From assembly GCF_009914755.1 (NCBI RefSeq), contig NC_060932.1: a stretch of DNA of 64,000 bases. One strand, 5' to 3'. Each line of letters opens with the position of its first letter. The stretch's first letter is position 1. The stretch comes from the human T2T-CHM13v2.0 reference genome, Homo sapiens. The position numbers were made by a program, and so were the translations under genes. The notes under the pieces are model-generated. The model was not told the origin of the DNA. It made no database searches and saw nothing but the letters and a program-made list of their open reading frames with translations. Below, in pieces: positions 45,753-58,810 of this stretch.

Positions 45753-47039
45753 ATTCTACCTAGATAGTAAGATCTATGTGAATAGTGTAGTTTTATTTAA
45801 AGGAACAGAATACTATGAATAATTTAGAAACAAAATTCTATTAAACACTGGATTTAATCATGTTTACCTTTTTTTGAGATTTGCAATTAAGCATTATGTC
45901 AGTTGACTGCATGAGCTGTTATGTTGAACATTATCTGAGCTCAGAGCTCTTTTATGAGCTTGCTATGCAACATCAAATTTGTAAATGTTTAATCAAAAAT
46001 GCTAAAAATTTAAATTCACAGATATAGAAAGTATCATTATACATAGATGGAAGCGTAGAAGCAGATGTGTTGTACTTTCTAATATGTAACGTAGCTGTGA
46101 ACTCCAGCTGAGCAGTAATTGACGCACCTCCATCTTCTATAATCAGCGACATGGCAATGAGTAAAACTTAATAATTGGGGTGATAATAAAATCCTGAGAG
46201 CAGTATTCATTTTGCTCGACCTCCAGATTTTTAATTTTCAAGAGCTTTCAAAAATTACTTTGTCAGCTTTCTTGGTAAATCCATCATGTCCATGGGGATG
46301 GGCCTTCTGGTTCTGGAACTCACATACTCCTGAGCAATTCCTTCCATTCTCACTGATTTAAAATAAACCACAGAATGAATAGCCATTTTCTTTGAATTAT
46401 TTTCCGCAGAGTTTCAGAAGAGAATAAGGAGCCCGATCCATCACCTCTTTGATGAGTGGGGTGGTGGTTGCACCAGGTGAGGGGGGATCAAGAGGCAAGT
46501 GTCTCAGCCTCAACCCCCGCCCCACACTGCCCTAGGAAGAATGATTTCCTGCGTGCCACCTCAGAGCACCTGGCCATGGTCCTTCTTTCATTGCTGTTTT
46601 TCCTTCACAACAACAGCAACAACTGGGTTGTTCTTCCCAGTGTAAGCAAATACATGCAGTTCACCCTTGCACGTGGGCTCCAGTATTGTATAGTACACTC
46701 CAAGAGTACAAGCGTAAAGACACTACATCTGAAAAAATAACCTTAATGGTGACTGGCAGAGAGTTGTCTGACCAAATCATCTGACCATAGTCAGGTAAAA
46801 TGTCACATTCTTAATCATTGCTCTGGTCTCAATACGTGATAACTACACATATTGATAAATACACCATCTGATTTGACAATTTGGGGATACACAAAAGACT
46901 GATAAACCTGTGAGTATTTAAATTGATTAGAAGAGAAGCAGTGTATTATTTTGTGTGTCTCCTTTCATTGGCACCCTGCATTCGTAGTCAGATTGAGAAG
47001 GAAAAAATCACATTACATTTAAACAGAATAAGGCTACTT

Positions 47040-47460
47040 AAAAATACATATATAATATATATTTAAAAATATATGTATTTCAATATGTATATTTTAATAT
47101 ATCATATATTATATAAAATATATTTTAAAATTTGAATTTAATATGATATATATTTTTAAATATGTATCATATATATTTAGGATGTTTTATATATATATTT
47201 TTAATATATCAAATTTCACAGGTTTAAAAAATTTGATATATATTGTTTTTATAAACCAACTTTTTCACTTATTTTAGCCAGTCACAATGATATATAAACA
47301 ATTTCATATGTTTATGAAATGTGATATATTTTTAAAATGATACGTAGTTTGGTCTTTATAAACCAATTATTTTCACTTATATTAGCCAGCCATAATGATA
47401 TATATATCATAAATATATATATACGTATATTTATGTGAGACTAAATATATGAGATACGTA
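47040..47460. repeat. AT-rich low-complexity tract with an internal degenerate duplication
   Basis: (TA)-rich; tttataaaccaa...tttcacttat.ttagccag..a.aatgatatata occurs at ~47248 and ~47355. Confidence 0.8.
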
Positions 47461-47949
47461 TTTTCAGACGGTGGTCAATAGACAACTCTGGCTGTGATCC
47501 CCAGGAAAGCTCTGCATTCACTCTGGCATTCTGCCAGAAAGCACAGCACAGACGGTGAAACAGAGACAGAGAGGAAGATGTATTAAATAACTCTGAGCAA
47601 AGCAAATATACCAAGTTTAGGAGACAGTTTGAAGGTCAAGAACTCTAAGGTAGCTAGAGATCGCAAGGCAGAGTTCTGGGGCAAAAGGAATTTTGCGGAT
47701 AAAAAAGCTCCAGAAATCTGCAAAGGTGTCTCACTGGATGTTTATTGCATATAAAGACAGACACTTGTATAGTGAAACTCCGTGGCGGCCAAGACCAGTT
47801 GGGTAGGTGTGACATGAATGGTTTCCAGAAATCACCCATGCCTGAAATTATTTGAGTTTCCCCCAGCCTGAATGGAGCCCTGCGTTGATCCTTTGTGTAG
47901 CCAAAGAAGCTCTAGAAGGGCTACACTTCTTTAATTCAGAACCAAGCTA

Positions 47950-48203
47950 ACAACATCTAAAATGTTAACACGTCCAGAAAGAAACATAACTCCCCATCAG
48001 GTCAAAGTCCAACAGTCTTCACTAGAGGACGTGAAAATTCAGACACTCAAAAGCATATCATCAGCAATTAGTTTAAGGAAAACAAACAAAAGAAATGGAA
48101 AATATTTTAAAATCCAATCTACGGAGATAAAAATGATAGTACCTGAAACTGAAAGCCACGGAGTAAGATTAACAGCAGATTAGAAACTACACAGGGAAAG
48201 ATC
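47950..48203 (+). mobile_element. L1M ORF1-region fragment
   Basis: gagataaaaatgatagtacctgaaa...gattaacagcagattagaaactacacagggaaagatc. Confidence 0.55.
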
Positions 48204-49467
48204 TGGTAGTTAGTGCAATTCAAAGAATCAGTCCATTTCATCTAAATTATCAATTATGTGGTCATGAGTTGTTTGTAATATTTTTTAAATGATCTGTTTT
48301 GTGTCAGTATGATTAGTATTGATGATCCCACCTCCAGGTGGCAGACTCCCCAGGGAAATGCAGCTAATTTATTTATTCTTTTTATAATTTTTTACCCTGG
48401 TTAGTTTTTATCAACTTCATTAATATTTTCAAACAACCAACGTTTTGTTTATTGATTTTCTCTAGTATTTTTCTGTATTCATTTTCATTGATTTTGGTAT
48501 TATTTTTTCTTATTTCTTTTCTTCTGCTTGATTTAATATTAAATTTATTTTTACCCAATTCTTTAAAGTGAAAGCTTAGATTATTAATAATAGATTTTTC
48601 TTTTTTCATCTCTCCAATGCTATAAATCGTCCTCTAAAAGCACTGCTTTTTCTGCATCCCACAAATGTCGAGGTTTTATTTTTTGTTTTCATTTAGTTCA
48701 AAATATCTTTAAATTTATTTGGAGATTTCCATTTTTTACCCATATGCTATTTAGAAGTAAGTTTCTAAATTCCCAAATATTTGGGAATTTTTTAGCTACC
48801 TTCCTGTTACTGATTTCTAATTTAACTCCATTGTCCTCTGAGAACATTACTCTGTACAATTGCCATTATTGTTAATTTGTTCATGTGTGTTTTGTGGGTC
48901 AGAATGTGGTCTTTCTTGGTGAATGTTCCATGGGAGCTTGAAACCCATGTGTATCCTGCTGTTGTAGATGGAGTATTTTATAAATGTCAAGCTATCAGGT
49001 CAATTGTTCATGCTGTTTACTCCAACTGCGTCCTTATTGATTTTCTGTCTGCTTCATCTTAAAGAGGCATGTTAAATTCTCCAACTCTTAGTATTGTATT
49101 ATCTAGTCTTCATTTCAGTTCTCTTAGATTCTGCCTTCCATTAATAAAAAAATTATCAGTATTACTTCAAATATTTATTTGGCCCTATTTTCTCTTTTCC
49201 TTCTTCTAGTGTTCCAATTACGTATATGTTACACATTCTGAAATTGTCCCAGAGTTCTGGTATATTCTGTTCTGATTCCCCACACCTTCCCCATTCTTTC
49301 TTCACTCATCATTTCACTTTGAGAACTTGCCCTTTACCCATCTTCAAACTCAGTAATTCTTTCTTCAGATGTGTGAAGTCTAGTGATAAGCGTGTCCAAG
49401 GTACTCTTTATTTCTGTTTTATATGTTCTAGCATTTTCTGCCTTTCTTAGAAGTTCGTTATCTCTGC

Positions 49468-50047
49468 TGTGAATCCCAAATACCTGAGACAGTCTCAGTC
49501 AATTTGGAACGTTTATTTTTGCCAAAGTTAAGGACACACATCCGTGACACAGCCTCAGGAGGTCCTGACGACATGTGCCCCAGGTGGTCAGGGAACAGCT
49601 TGCTTTCATACATTTCAAGGAGACATGAGGCACCAATCAATGTATGTAAGCCATACATTGGCTCCATCCAGCAAGGCCGGGCAACTCGAGGTGGGGACGG
49701 GGTTTCCAGGTCATAGGTAGATAAGACAAAAACGGTTGCATTCTTTTGAGTTTCTGGTTAAGCTTTCCAAAGGAAGCAATCAGATATGCATTTATCTCAG
49801 TGAGCAGAGGGATGACTTGGATCTGTCTGTCCTTTGTCCACAAGGGATTTCCTTGTGGACAAATTGTGAGGGAGGTATGTAGCTTTTGTTAAAAACAAAA
49901 ACAAAAACAAAAACAAAAACAAAAACACCTTAGTAGCTATCGTTTTTAGGAGTAGAATGGGAGGCAGGTTTGCCCTAAGCAGTTCCCAGCTTGACTTTCC
50001 TTTTGGCTTTGTGATTTTGGGACCCCAAGATTCATTTTCCTTTTACA
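49468..50047 (-). mobile_element. ERV1 solo LTR, MER4A
   Basis: tgtgaatcccaaatacctgagacag...gacacagcctcaggaggtcctgacgacatgtgccc...gcaggtttgccctaagcagttcccagcttgacttt...ttttaca; perfect 4-bp TSD ctgc at 49464-49467 and 50048-50051. Confidence 0.95.
49891..49927. repeat. (AAAAAC)n microsatellite inside MER4A
   Basis: Six tandem aaaaac units. Confidence 0.95.
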
Positions 50048-51220
50048 CTGCTTACATTATCCATCTGTGTTTGCACGTTGTTTACTTATTTCATGAGAAC
50101 GTTTACATATTTACCAGTTGTTTTAATTCCCTTCTGATAATTCCAACATCTGTGTCATACCTGACTTTGTTTCTGAGGTTTCGTTTCTTCAGACTGTTTT
50201 TATTTTTTCTTGTCCTTTGCTTTGGCCCAATTTTTACTGGAAGAACTCACGGATCAGGTAATAGGAACTGAGGAGAATCGGCTTCTACTATCAAGAGGTA
50301 TGTTAATCTGAGTAGTTGCCAGGCTTTGCTCTGTGTTTGCTGAAGAAGCTGCAAGCTCCTCTAGTGGCCTTGTTTGTGTCTCTGCTCTTGAGCTGGCCCT
50401 CTCTGAGTGTCTGACCTGCAGCTCTTTTCACTGAAACGCGCTATATATTTTGATTGCAAGGGAGCTCTGTTTATGTGATGGTGAGGAGAGGAGGAGGGGT
50501 CACGCTATGATACCCCAGTTTAATCTATTTATCTCAGAGGGCCTGTGATGACCTTAGCCTGAGTGTCCTGTGTGGCTTTCTTCCACTTTCCCTGCCCCTT
50601 GTGTGAGACAGAAAGGCTGGGGACATGGTCTGGAGAAGATGCCATTCCACGTGGCTCTGGACAAGGCTCTGGGCCAGTCTTCTCCTGGAAAGTAGGCCTT
50701 CCTAATGGAGGGGGCCCGGAGCTCATTTCTCTCTCTGGCCCTTGCCAGAGGCAGCAGAGAATCGTTCTCAGATCTTCACCATGAAAATGTACTGTGGTGT
50801 TTCTCTGGTAAAGCCCAGAAACGTGTGCAAGCCCCATAACGGCCACTTTCAAGAGTTTGTCACTCATCCACATCTATACCCAGTCTTCCTGGTTCATCAG
50901 AGTTGCCATTCAAGTGACCCAACCAGTTGACGGTCCCATGGAAGCAGATCTGGGCTGTGACTCTGGATTCTCCTCTGTCTCCAGATTCTATGGTGGCTGT
51001 GCACTTTGTGCTCTAAGTTCCCTGATGGATGAAAGAAAAGACAGTGGTTTCAATGTGTCCAGCTGTTTCTTGTTGCCAGGAAATAAGCACCAGCCTCCAA
51101 GCATTTTACATATTTCAGCTGAGCCCGGAAGTCCTTCACTGATCAAAGTGTCCACAAAATTAGGATCTCCTAATTTGATCAAAAAGTGTTTTCTGCAAAA
51201 TATTTTCTGGAAATTTGTTC

Positions 51221-51582
51221 TGTATTAGTATGTTCTCACACTGCTAATAAAGACATACCCGAGACTGGGTAATTATAAAGCAAAGAGTTTTAATGGACTC
51301 ACAGTTCCACGTGGTTGGGGAGGCCTCACAATCATGGCAGAAGGAAGATGAGGAGCAAAGTCACATCTTACATGACAGCAGGTAAAGAGAGTCTGTGCAG
51401 TGGAACTCCCACTTATAAAATCATCAGATCTCATGAGACTTACTATCACGTGAACAGTATGGGGGGAAACCACCCCCACGATTCAATTATCTCCACCTGG
51501 TCCCACCCTTGACATGTGGGGATTATTACAATTATTACAATTCAAGGTGAGATTTGGGTGGGGACACAGCCAAACCATATCA
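51221..51582 (-). mobile_element. MaLR solo LTR, THE1 (THE1C-like)
   Basis: tgtattagt...ctgctaataaagacatacccgagactgggtaat...gagatttgggtggggacacagccaaaccatatca. Confidence 0.96.
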
Positions 51583-53339
51583 CTATATAGTATAAAATCA
51601 ATAGTACATGTGTTTGTTTTTTTAAGTCCTATTCAGTTATTTTTTCTCTAATTTTAGGATCTTCTTGTCTTGTTATTTTGCAATTTAACTATGATATATC
51701 ATCTCAATGTGAATATCCAAAAACAATAAAATAATGCTAAGAATTAGCAAAATAATGGTTACTTTTTTTTTTCGTTGTTAAATGGACATTTTGATGGTTT
51801 CTGAATTAAACTTTCCAAGAGTTAGGAATCGTGATATTTTAAGGGTTGTCACTCCATTTTATCTCCAGGTTTCTGGGTCTCATGCTTTTCACCGCAGCAG
51901 GTGAGTTTGCCTTAGGGAGTTGTCCCTGCCCTTTGGTAGGCAATCTTGTTACAGTCACTATTCCAGATGCCCTTCCTCCTTTGAAAAGTGGTTGGCACCT
52001 AATTTTAGTTCAGCCAATCAGTCCTTCTTTTCCTGACATTTAACTTGAAAATAAAGTGTCATCATGGACTAAAACTGGTTGTCAGTAACTTATCCGCTAT
52101 CCTAATGGACAAACACACTCAGTAGGTCTTCTCATCTGGATTCCTTGAGTACTTTTGCTCTTCACCTGGCCAGGGCTTTTATCCTTGGCGGTTTTGTTGT
52201 TGTTATTCTTTGTTTATCATAGCTCCTTCCAATAAGTATTGTTATCTGCTGGTTATCCACTAACTGATTCTGGTGTTTAATATTTGTGATATAAAGCCTT
52301 ATATATATTGCTGCTTAATACCATGGTATTGGTACATGACTGTTGACTGATGTTTGCATCGCAAAATTCTCGTCACGGCGTTCATGCATTTTCCACCTTC
52401 AACACAGATGGAATAGCTACAAGTGTCAGGCACTCTTCAGTTATCTTACACAGAGAATAAAAATTACCCCTCTCAAATTCTGGAGGAGTTATGAAGCGTT
52501 TCACACTGATTTTGCTCCCAAATTATCCAAGTGAAACTGGAAAACTACTAACTACACAAATATTCAACTCACTCAATTTGTTCACTTCGGCTGAGTCTGT
52601 TAACCAATAAAGTGGACCGCGGACCACTTGATTTCCTTATTTCTAAGTCCCTGAAAATATTTGGTCCATTTTTTCCCGACTGCTCCTTGTGTGTGTGTTC
52701 CTAACGTATAACCCAGCCCCGAAAACTGACACACACATGATATCAGGGGTGAAGGAAAGCCTCTTCGTAAACATCCAAACACCACCAGCAACTCCGCCTC
52801 AGGAAATTCCCCCGGGCTTCTCTTGCCACCATTTTGAATTTTATAATGCCAATCATTAGTTTACTTTGCTTGCTAATGTAACAGGCTTTGCATCCTGGAT
52901 CACCCTCTTTCTTTTTATAATTTGGATAAAGATTCACAGATACAGCTGCTTTGTGAGGGATATAGGGCATTGAGTTGGGTAACTGCCAAGAAACACACCA
53001 TGGTAATAACTGCCAAACGCTTTCCACTCCTGCATTGGAACCTGGGCCATTAAGATCCTGGATGCAAGCTCTCTCCTCCCCTCCTGTACCCACTTTACCT
53101 GAATTGGACATCAGGTAAATACCTTATCTCTTAAAAGACAAATTATAGTGTCTGACCTTTCACCTTTTATGGAAGAATAGCAATAATCACCCTGACTTTA
53201 AAAACAATTTGATAAATGAAAAGATTGGATCATAATTTAAAACATTATTGTCAAGCCATTAATGGAAAAGAACAAAAATTTAAAGTTTTGACAGCAACAA
53301 CAACAAAAATGGAAACAAGGAAGACGTTCTCTAGAAACT

Positions 53340-53520
53340 GTCAATCAATTACTTAGTTGATAGATCATTGAGCCCCTGTTATAAACCAGCTATGGTGATA
53401 GGCTCACAGTAGAGAGATGAAGAAAATAAGCAGCTTGCCCTTGAGAAACTCAGTCTCCTCGTGTAGGAGAAAGGGACTCTCCAAACACAGAAAAATCACA
53501 GTTGATAATATTCAAACTGA
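53340..53520 (-). mobile_element. L2 3' remnant
   Basis: cattgagcccctgttataaaccag...gatgaag...cttgcccttgagaaactcagtct. Confidence 0.5.
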
Positions 53521-54674
53521 GAAAGGAAAAACCACCCTGAAACTTTACATCACCAATTTAATCTTTTAAAAATACCCATGAAAAAATCTTAATTTTGAAA
53601 AGTACTTTCAGAAGTCATAGTTTTAATAAACACGGATGTTTATTATAGTTTTAATTTACAGTTTATTATAGTTTTAATAAACATAGATGTTTATTAAAGC
53701 TAGCTCTTATCATTATGAGACTAGACACTAAAAACGCAGCATTGAAAGGAAGCATCTTCAGTGTGTGTGTGTGTGTCTGTGTGTGCATATACACAAATAT
53801 ATACACTATACACTATCCTGTAATTATATTACTTCATACTTAATTACATTAGGTCATTCCATCATAGCAAGATTTTCTTTGTGAGTAAAACAGAGTTGGG
53901 CTTTTTCTTTAAATTGAGTTGAACTTTTTGTTTGTCTAAGTCTCCAAGAAACTAAATTTAAGTTGCTGTGGGTATTGAAGTCAGGACACCATAGCTTTCA
54001 GTAAATCATAATATTAAAAAAATTGATTGCACAAGAGATTGATTTTGTGGGCAACAGCCATTTTTCTCTAAGACAAGTTATTCTGAGTGCCAATACGTTT
54101 TACCATACACAAATATATGGTAGTTTTAAACTCTGAACCAAAATGGATTTTTATCAACCCTTTCAATATGATTCTGTCACAAATAATTTTTTTTGGACAA
54201 CAGCAGAGTACAAAACCCTTTAAATAGATATGTTGAGAGCAAAAATAATCTATTTTAATTGCAAGCATGTAAAAGTCTACCGTATTTACGCTAACCAGTA
54301 ACTGTAGTGATAAAGGCTTTTTATAACTTTTTAAATTAATAAAAAGGTAAAAAATGTAATTCCTTAGAAATACATGAGATAAAACACATTTTGAAAAAGC
54401 TCTAAAATAAATGATCTATTTATCTAGCAGATTACTTTTACCAAGTTGTTTCTTTATGTTTTCTCAGAGGTTCACTTTTCTGCAGAAATATTAACTCTGT
54501 TAATACGCATTCCCAACCCCTCATTTCAGTATGATTCTAAATCAATAGAATTCTGTAGCTATGCCATGCATGTGACCATAAGTAAAGAGAATGCATATAT
54601 TTGAAAAACACTGATTTCAGGAAGAACTAGTGTATTTATAGGAGAATGTACTATAAAATTTGGAGGAAAGAGAG

Positions 54675-54865
54675 TTCTGGTTTGGATCATGGGCTCCAGA
54701 GACTACTGTGGATTCAAAGTATAATTCTGAATATCTGTGTGATCTGGACCAAGTTAAGTCAACCTTTCATGCCTCAGTTTCTTAATTTGTAAAATAGGAA
54801 AAATAGTAGTATTACTAATTGATAGTTTTTGAAATTTTAGTAGACTATGAAATAACACATGCTTT
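54675..54865 (+). mobile_element. MIR
   Basis: ctgtgtgatctggaccaagttaagtcaacctttcatgcctcagtttcttaatttgtaaaatagg matches the MIR core. Confidence 0.8.
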
Positions 54866-54909
54866 TATATAATAAACATATAAAAATTTTATATATTGAT
54901 TATATAAAA

Positions 54910-55205
54910 AAGTCTGATACATGCACAAAGCTGTTCACCGATAGTTTATTTCGATAATGGGAAAAGGGAAATATAAATAAGTACCCAACATAACAGGTTA
55001 GTTATAGACATATTGTAGAATACACTGCAACCATTTAAAGTAATGCTGTACTCTATTTCTTCACTTTATGTAGAAATATGTTCAGGATATATTTTTGAGT
55101 GACTACAAAGCAGATTGCAAATAGGATGCATAGAATAAGCTCACCAATAGAAAATAATATGTATGTGAGCAAGTATGCAAATATTTTTGCATTTATCTAT
55201 GCAAA
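54910..55205 (+). mobile_element. L1ME 3' remnant
   Basis: atacatgcacaaagctgttcacc...tagaatacactgcaaccatttaaa...gatatatttttgagtga...aagcagattgcaaa. Confidence 0.65.
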
Positions 55206-55419
55206 GACATCCAGCTTATTCCAGTTCTGTATTCTGCGGCTAGATCTGAGCAGAAGCCACACTTGGTTTTCTGGGCATACACACTGAGAAGTGCTGAGTA
55301 AACATGGGAAACACAGAGTGTGTTTGGCTCCCTGCGTTGCCTGGCAATCCTCATTATTTTTGCCTCATCGATTCCTCATATTAATTCATACTTTTTAAAA
55401 TGAGGATATTTGACTCCTC

Positions 55420-56230
55420 CTTTTTACTCTCAGAAGTTGAATTTGCTTCTGAGTTGACTCAGACAAGAGAACGCTCTTAAGTTCTCATCATCACACTTAC
55501 AATCCACCCACATTGTCTTCTCTCTTCTCACAATAAACTGTTAGTAATCCCTCTTTGGGAATTTTTTTTCCACAAGATCTCATGCTCTCTCTGTCACCTG
55601 CTTCAGATTGTTCTAGAAGTCTTTCATTTTTATGGTATGTTTAGTTTTCCTCTCTGTGGGAACCCTTTCCTTACACAAGAGGGAATGTGCACCAATGGAT
55701 TCATCCGTCTCCAGAAATCTCCGTTCTGCAAAAATCCTCGGGAGTTATCTATCTCTGTCTCCACATCCTCACTTTTCACTTTCTTCAAAACTTTTCCAAT
55801 CACACTTTCATCCCCATCACAGCAATCACACATTTTAGCCAGTGGTGAGCGTGAATAATCTCCATGGTTCATGCCATCCAATTGCAAACAGTCAGTTGGT
55901 CTTTCTCCCACCAAAACTTGCGTCAACATTATAACAGCATTGACCACTTCTGAGGCTTCCCCCTTCCTGAAACTCCCTCCCGCCTTGGCTCTTAGGAGCA
56001 CGCACACACCTGGTTTTCTTCTCTCACCGGCTATTTCTTCTTGTGCATTTTCATGGCTTTGACACCTTTTTCCAATTTCTAGATGGTGACGTGTCCCAGA
56101 GAGCATTCCTCAGAGCTCTTCCATCTCTACTCATTTCCTAGGAGATCAATTCCAGGCTCAGAGTCTCTCTCCTGGCTGCAAGGTCCTAGACTGTAGCGGA
56201 TGACATTCTCCAGTTGTGTGACATTTCTCC
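55420..56230 (+). mobile_element. L2 ORF2 (RT-region) remnant
   Basis: ttccaatcacactttcatccccatcac, ttgaccact...cccttcctgaaactc...ccttggct, cctggttttcttctctcaccggc, gcggatgac. Confidence 0.7.
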
Positions 56231-57352
56231 CCATCAGAATATAGAGAGCTCGGAGTAATGCAGGTGAGACCCCTGGACCCTAACTTTCTGACAGCAATGC
56301 CTACTGGGGCAAATGGAGTTAAACACACCTCTGCTCTTCCCTCCCTCTGTGTCTGTGAGGACTGCTTCGGTCTGGCTCAACAGGGCTGCAGACAGGCAAT
56401 AGACACGTGTGCCACATCCCCAAACAAACACTTTTTAAAAATAAACTCCTAGAAAGCCCATGCATGGTGTGCAGTTTTATTTCAGACAATAACATTTGCT
56501 ACAATAAAAACCTTCTTATAAGCAAATATAACTTCTCTCTCCCTGTTTTTATGTCAAATCTTTAATCATTGTGAGTCAAACTGAATTATTCATAATTCTT
56601 AAAACAGCATAATGTTTTGGCATGTTTGTGATAATTTAAAGCAGCAATTTAGACGTTAAGGCAACACTTCTCTTTATTCTTCATTTCAGCAATAACTGAG
56701 CCATTAATCTCAGTTTGAGTTTATGTGACTGTTTAGTAGTCAGGCTTTCCCATCCATTTACACATTTAATTCAACATGTATTCTGTAACTTTTATTTTTT
56801 ACTTTTTTTGGCTGGAAATATAGCCCTCGGGCAAAATAAAGAAAGTAATTCCTTTTTGTCAAAACATTGCAAGACTAGCTCAGGGGTTATCCAGTAGATT
56901 TCATTAGGACTGTGTGTCTCTAATTCTGCCATTATTATGCTTATCCTGAGAGACCTTAGGAGATGAAGCTCAGCCCTAATGGACTCACTATTATACTTGT
57001 AATTTTAACAGAAGGTCTTGGATATGAGTATTGTAAATTAGATATATTATACGACAAAAAGCAAAAGTGAAATGCTCCCTTTTGATATATTGGTATTTAA
57101 ATAACGAATTTTATTAAAGCACAAAGGGAAGATGACCATGCACATGTGATCATTAGGAACATACCTCTGAACTCAGCATGATGAAAATCCCAGCTTTAAT
57201 GAGAAAACAGCCTTTAAAAAATCTCTTCAGACAGGAGCTCAAACTGTGGTCATGTATTTAGATTTCTCTGTGGGGATAAACCTGTACATTAGAGAGGCCT
57301 CTGATTTCACCCTCTTTACACTTATCATATTTGAAAGGGTTGAATTTGTTAC

Positions 57353-57570
57353 TATAGAGGTTTAGACAAACTTTATAAAGACGTTTTCATAGAGTGGCTT
57401 CCCATATATGTATATTGTGGCTAAAAATTACCTGGTCCCTGTACAGAAGTAATTCAGAGCACAAATGAATGAATTATGCTGCTTTTATATGAAGAAGGCT
57501 GACAAAGATGAAAAGTAATATATTATTACCATCAGTATTGATATTAAATAAAAATCTATCGTGGTAGAAA
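57353..57570 (+). repeat. Inverted duplication, copy A
   Basis: Reverse complement of 58592-58810; about 20 mismatches over ~205 ungapped bp by hand count. Confidence 0.95.
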
Positions 57571-58330
57571 GTTGATTAAATTAGTCTCCTTCTATGTGAG
57601 AATCGGCAGTGGTTCATCTTGATTGGAATTGGCACACATTCTGAATGTGTGATCTTTATGGCTTCAGGCACTCGGCCATCACTGCCCTCTGAGGATTTGA
57701 TCCATCATAGGAGATCTCACAGAGCAGCCCCTCAGAACGAGGACCCACTTTACAGCAAAGTAAATGGGAAATGGGTCTCGTGCTCCGGGATACAATGTTC
57801 TTATCACAGACTCCAGCAGCACAAAAACAGGTGCCTATTACAGCATTGAGATGACCTTTGCACAGGTGATGAGCTGGCAAGAGACCAGACTTTACAAAAA
57901 TGAGATATTATTCTCCAGGTTGAAGTAGACACTTCGGCAGGGTGGATGCTAAGTCTCTAAGAGGAAGACATTGAGAAGCAGGAGTGGCCTCTCCTGTTTT
58001 TACTGCCGGTGACCTACTCGACAAAGCTGTGATTCTTTTTCTTGAAACCCTGGGCTTGCAGTTTGGAGGTCCTTATTCTCAAAGGGAAAGACTTTATTCA
58101 AGGATAGAGAAGCTGAAATTTTACTCTATAACCTTGTGCTAAGGACCAGCAGGCAAGAATAAAAGACATTATTCTTGCAGAGGTAATAAGCACCCCAAAT
58201 CATCAGGAGGAGTTAGGGCTATTGTCACATAGGGGCATGCAGGTCATGCATATGGATGCTCCTCGGGACTTAGTTTCCAAAACACCATGGCAAGTGGATG
58301 AGTGCAGCAGCCAAGGTCTGAGAAGCGGTG
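57562..58330 (+). mobile_element. Decayed ERVL internal (integrase/dUTPase-region) remnant
   Basis: aagttgattaaattag...ggcagtggttcatcttgattggaattggcacacattctga, ggacccactttacagcaaag, gaccagcaggcaaga, atcatcaggaggagttagggct are colinear with the recalled ERVL pol 3' region; no intact ORF. Confidence 0.78.
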
Positions 58331-58591
58331 ATGGCTAGCAGCTCTGTTCTTTAAACCTAACCCTGGGACTGCTGAGGGCTCTTTCTTGCTCTGAGCCCCA
58401 GTCAATGCTGGCAGCCTTTGGCAGCTGTATGGATTGAAGAAAAGTGTTCAAGCATGGACCAGAGTGCTTCCGGAACACGGACAGACATAAGAGGCACTGT
58501 ATTAGTCAAGGTTCTCCAGAGAAACTGAACCAATGGGAGAGAGAAAGAGATGAATGAATACAAAACTATATATATATATAGTCATGCAAAT

Positions 58592-58810
58592 TTTTTTAAC
58601 CAAGATGGATTTTTATTTAATATCAATGTTGATGGTAATAATATATTACTTTTTATCTTTGTCATTCTTGTTCATATAAAAGCATCATAGTTCATTCATC
58701 TGTGCTCTGAATTATTTCTGGATAGGGACCAGCTAATTTTTAACCACAATATACATATTTGGTAAGCCACTCTATGAAAAAGTCATTATAAAGTTTGTCT
58801 AAAACTCATA
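58592..58810 (-). repeat. Inverted duplication, copy B
   Basis: Reverse complement of 57353-57570. Confidence 0.95.

Larger units (their letters stand above)
48204..51150 (-). mobile_element. Old L1 (L1MC/L1MD-like) ORF2/ORF1/5' fragments, split by MER4A
   Basis: gtccatttcatctaa, aatgctataaat...cctctaa...gcactgcttt...gcatcccacaaat, cttggtgaatgttccatg...gcttga, ccaattacgtatatgttacacatt; resumes after 50048. Confidence 0.8.

Noticed and set aside
45386-45767. Cys/Val- and His/Thr-rich ORFs
   Set aside because: These are translations of a (CA)n-like tract; the same applies to the Tyr/Ile ORFs at 13631, 14877-15162 and 58795.
57562-58330. Functional retroviral integrase
   Set aside because: Similarity is only at the degraded DNA level and all frames are broken by stops and indels.
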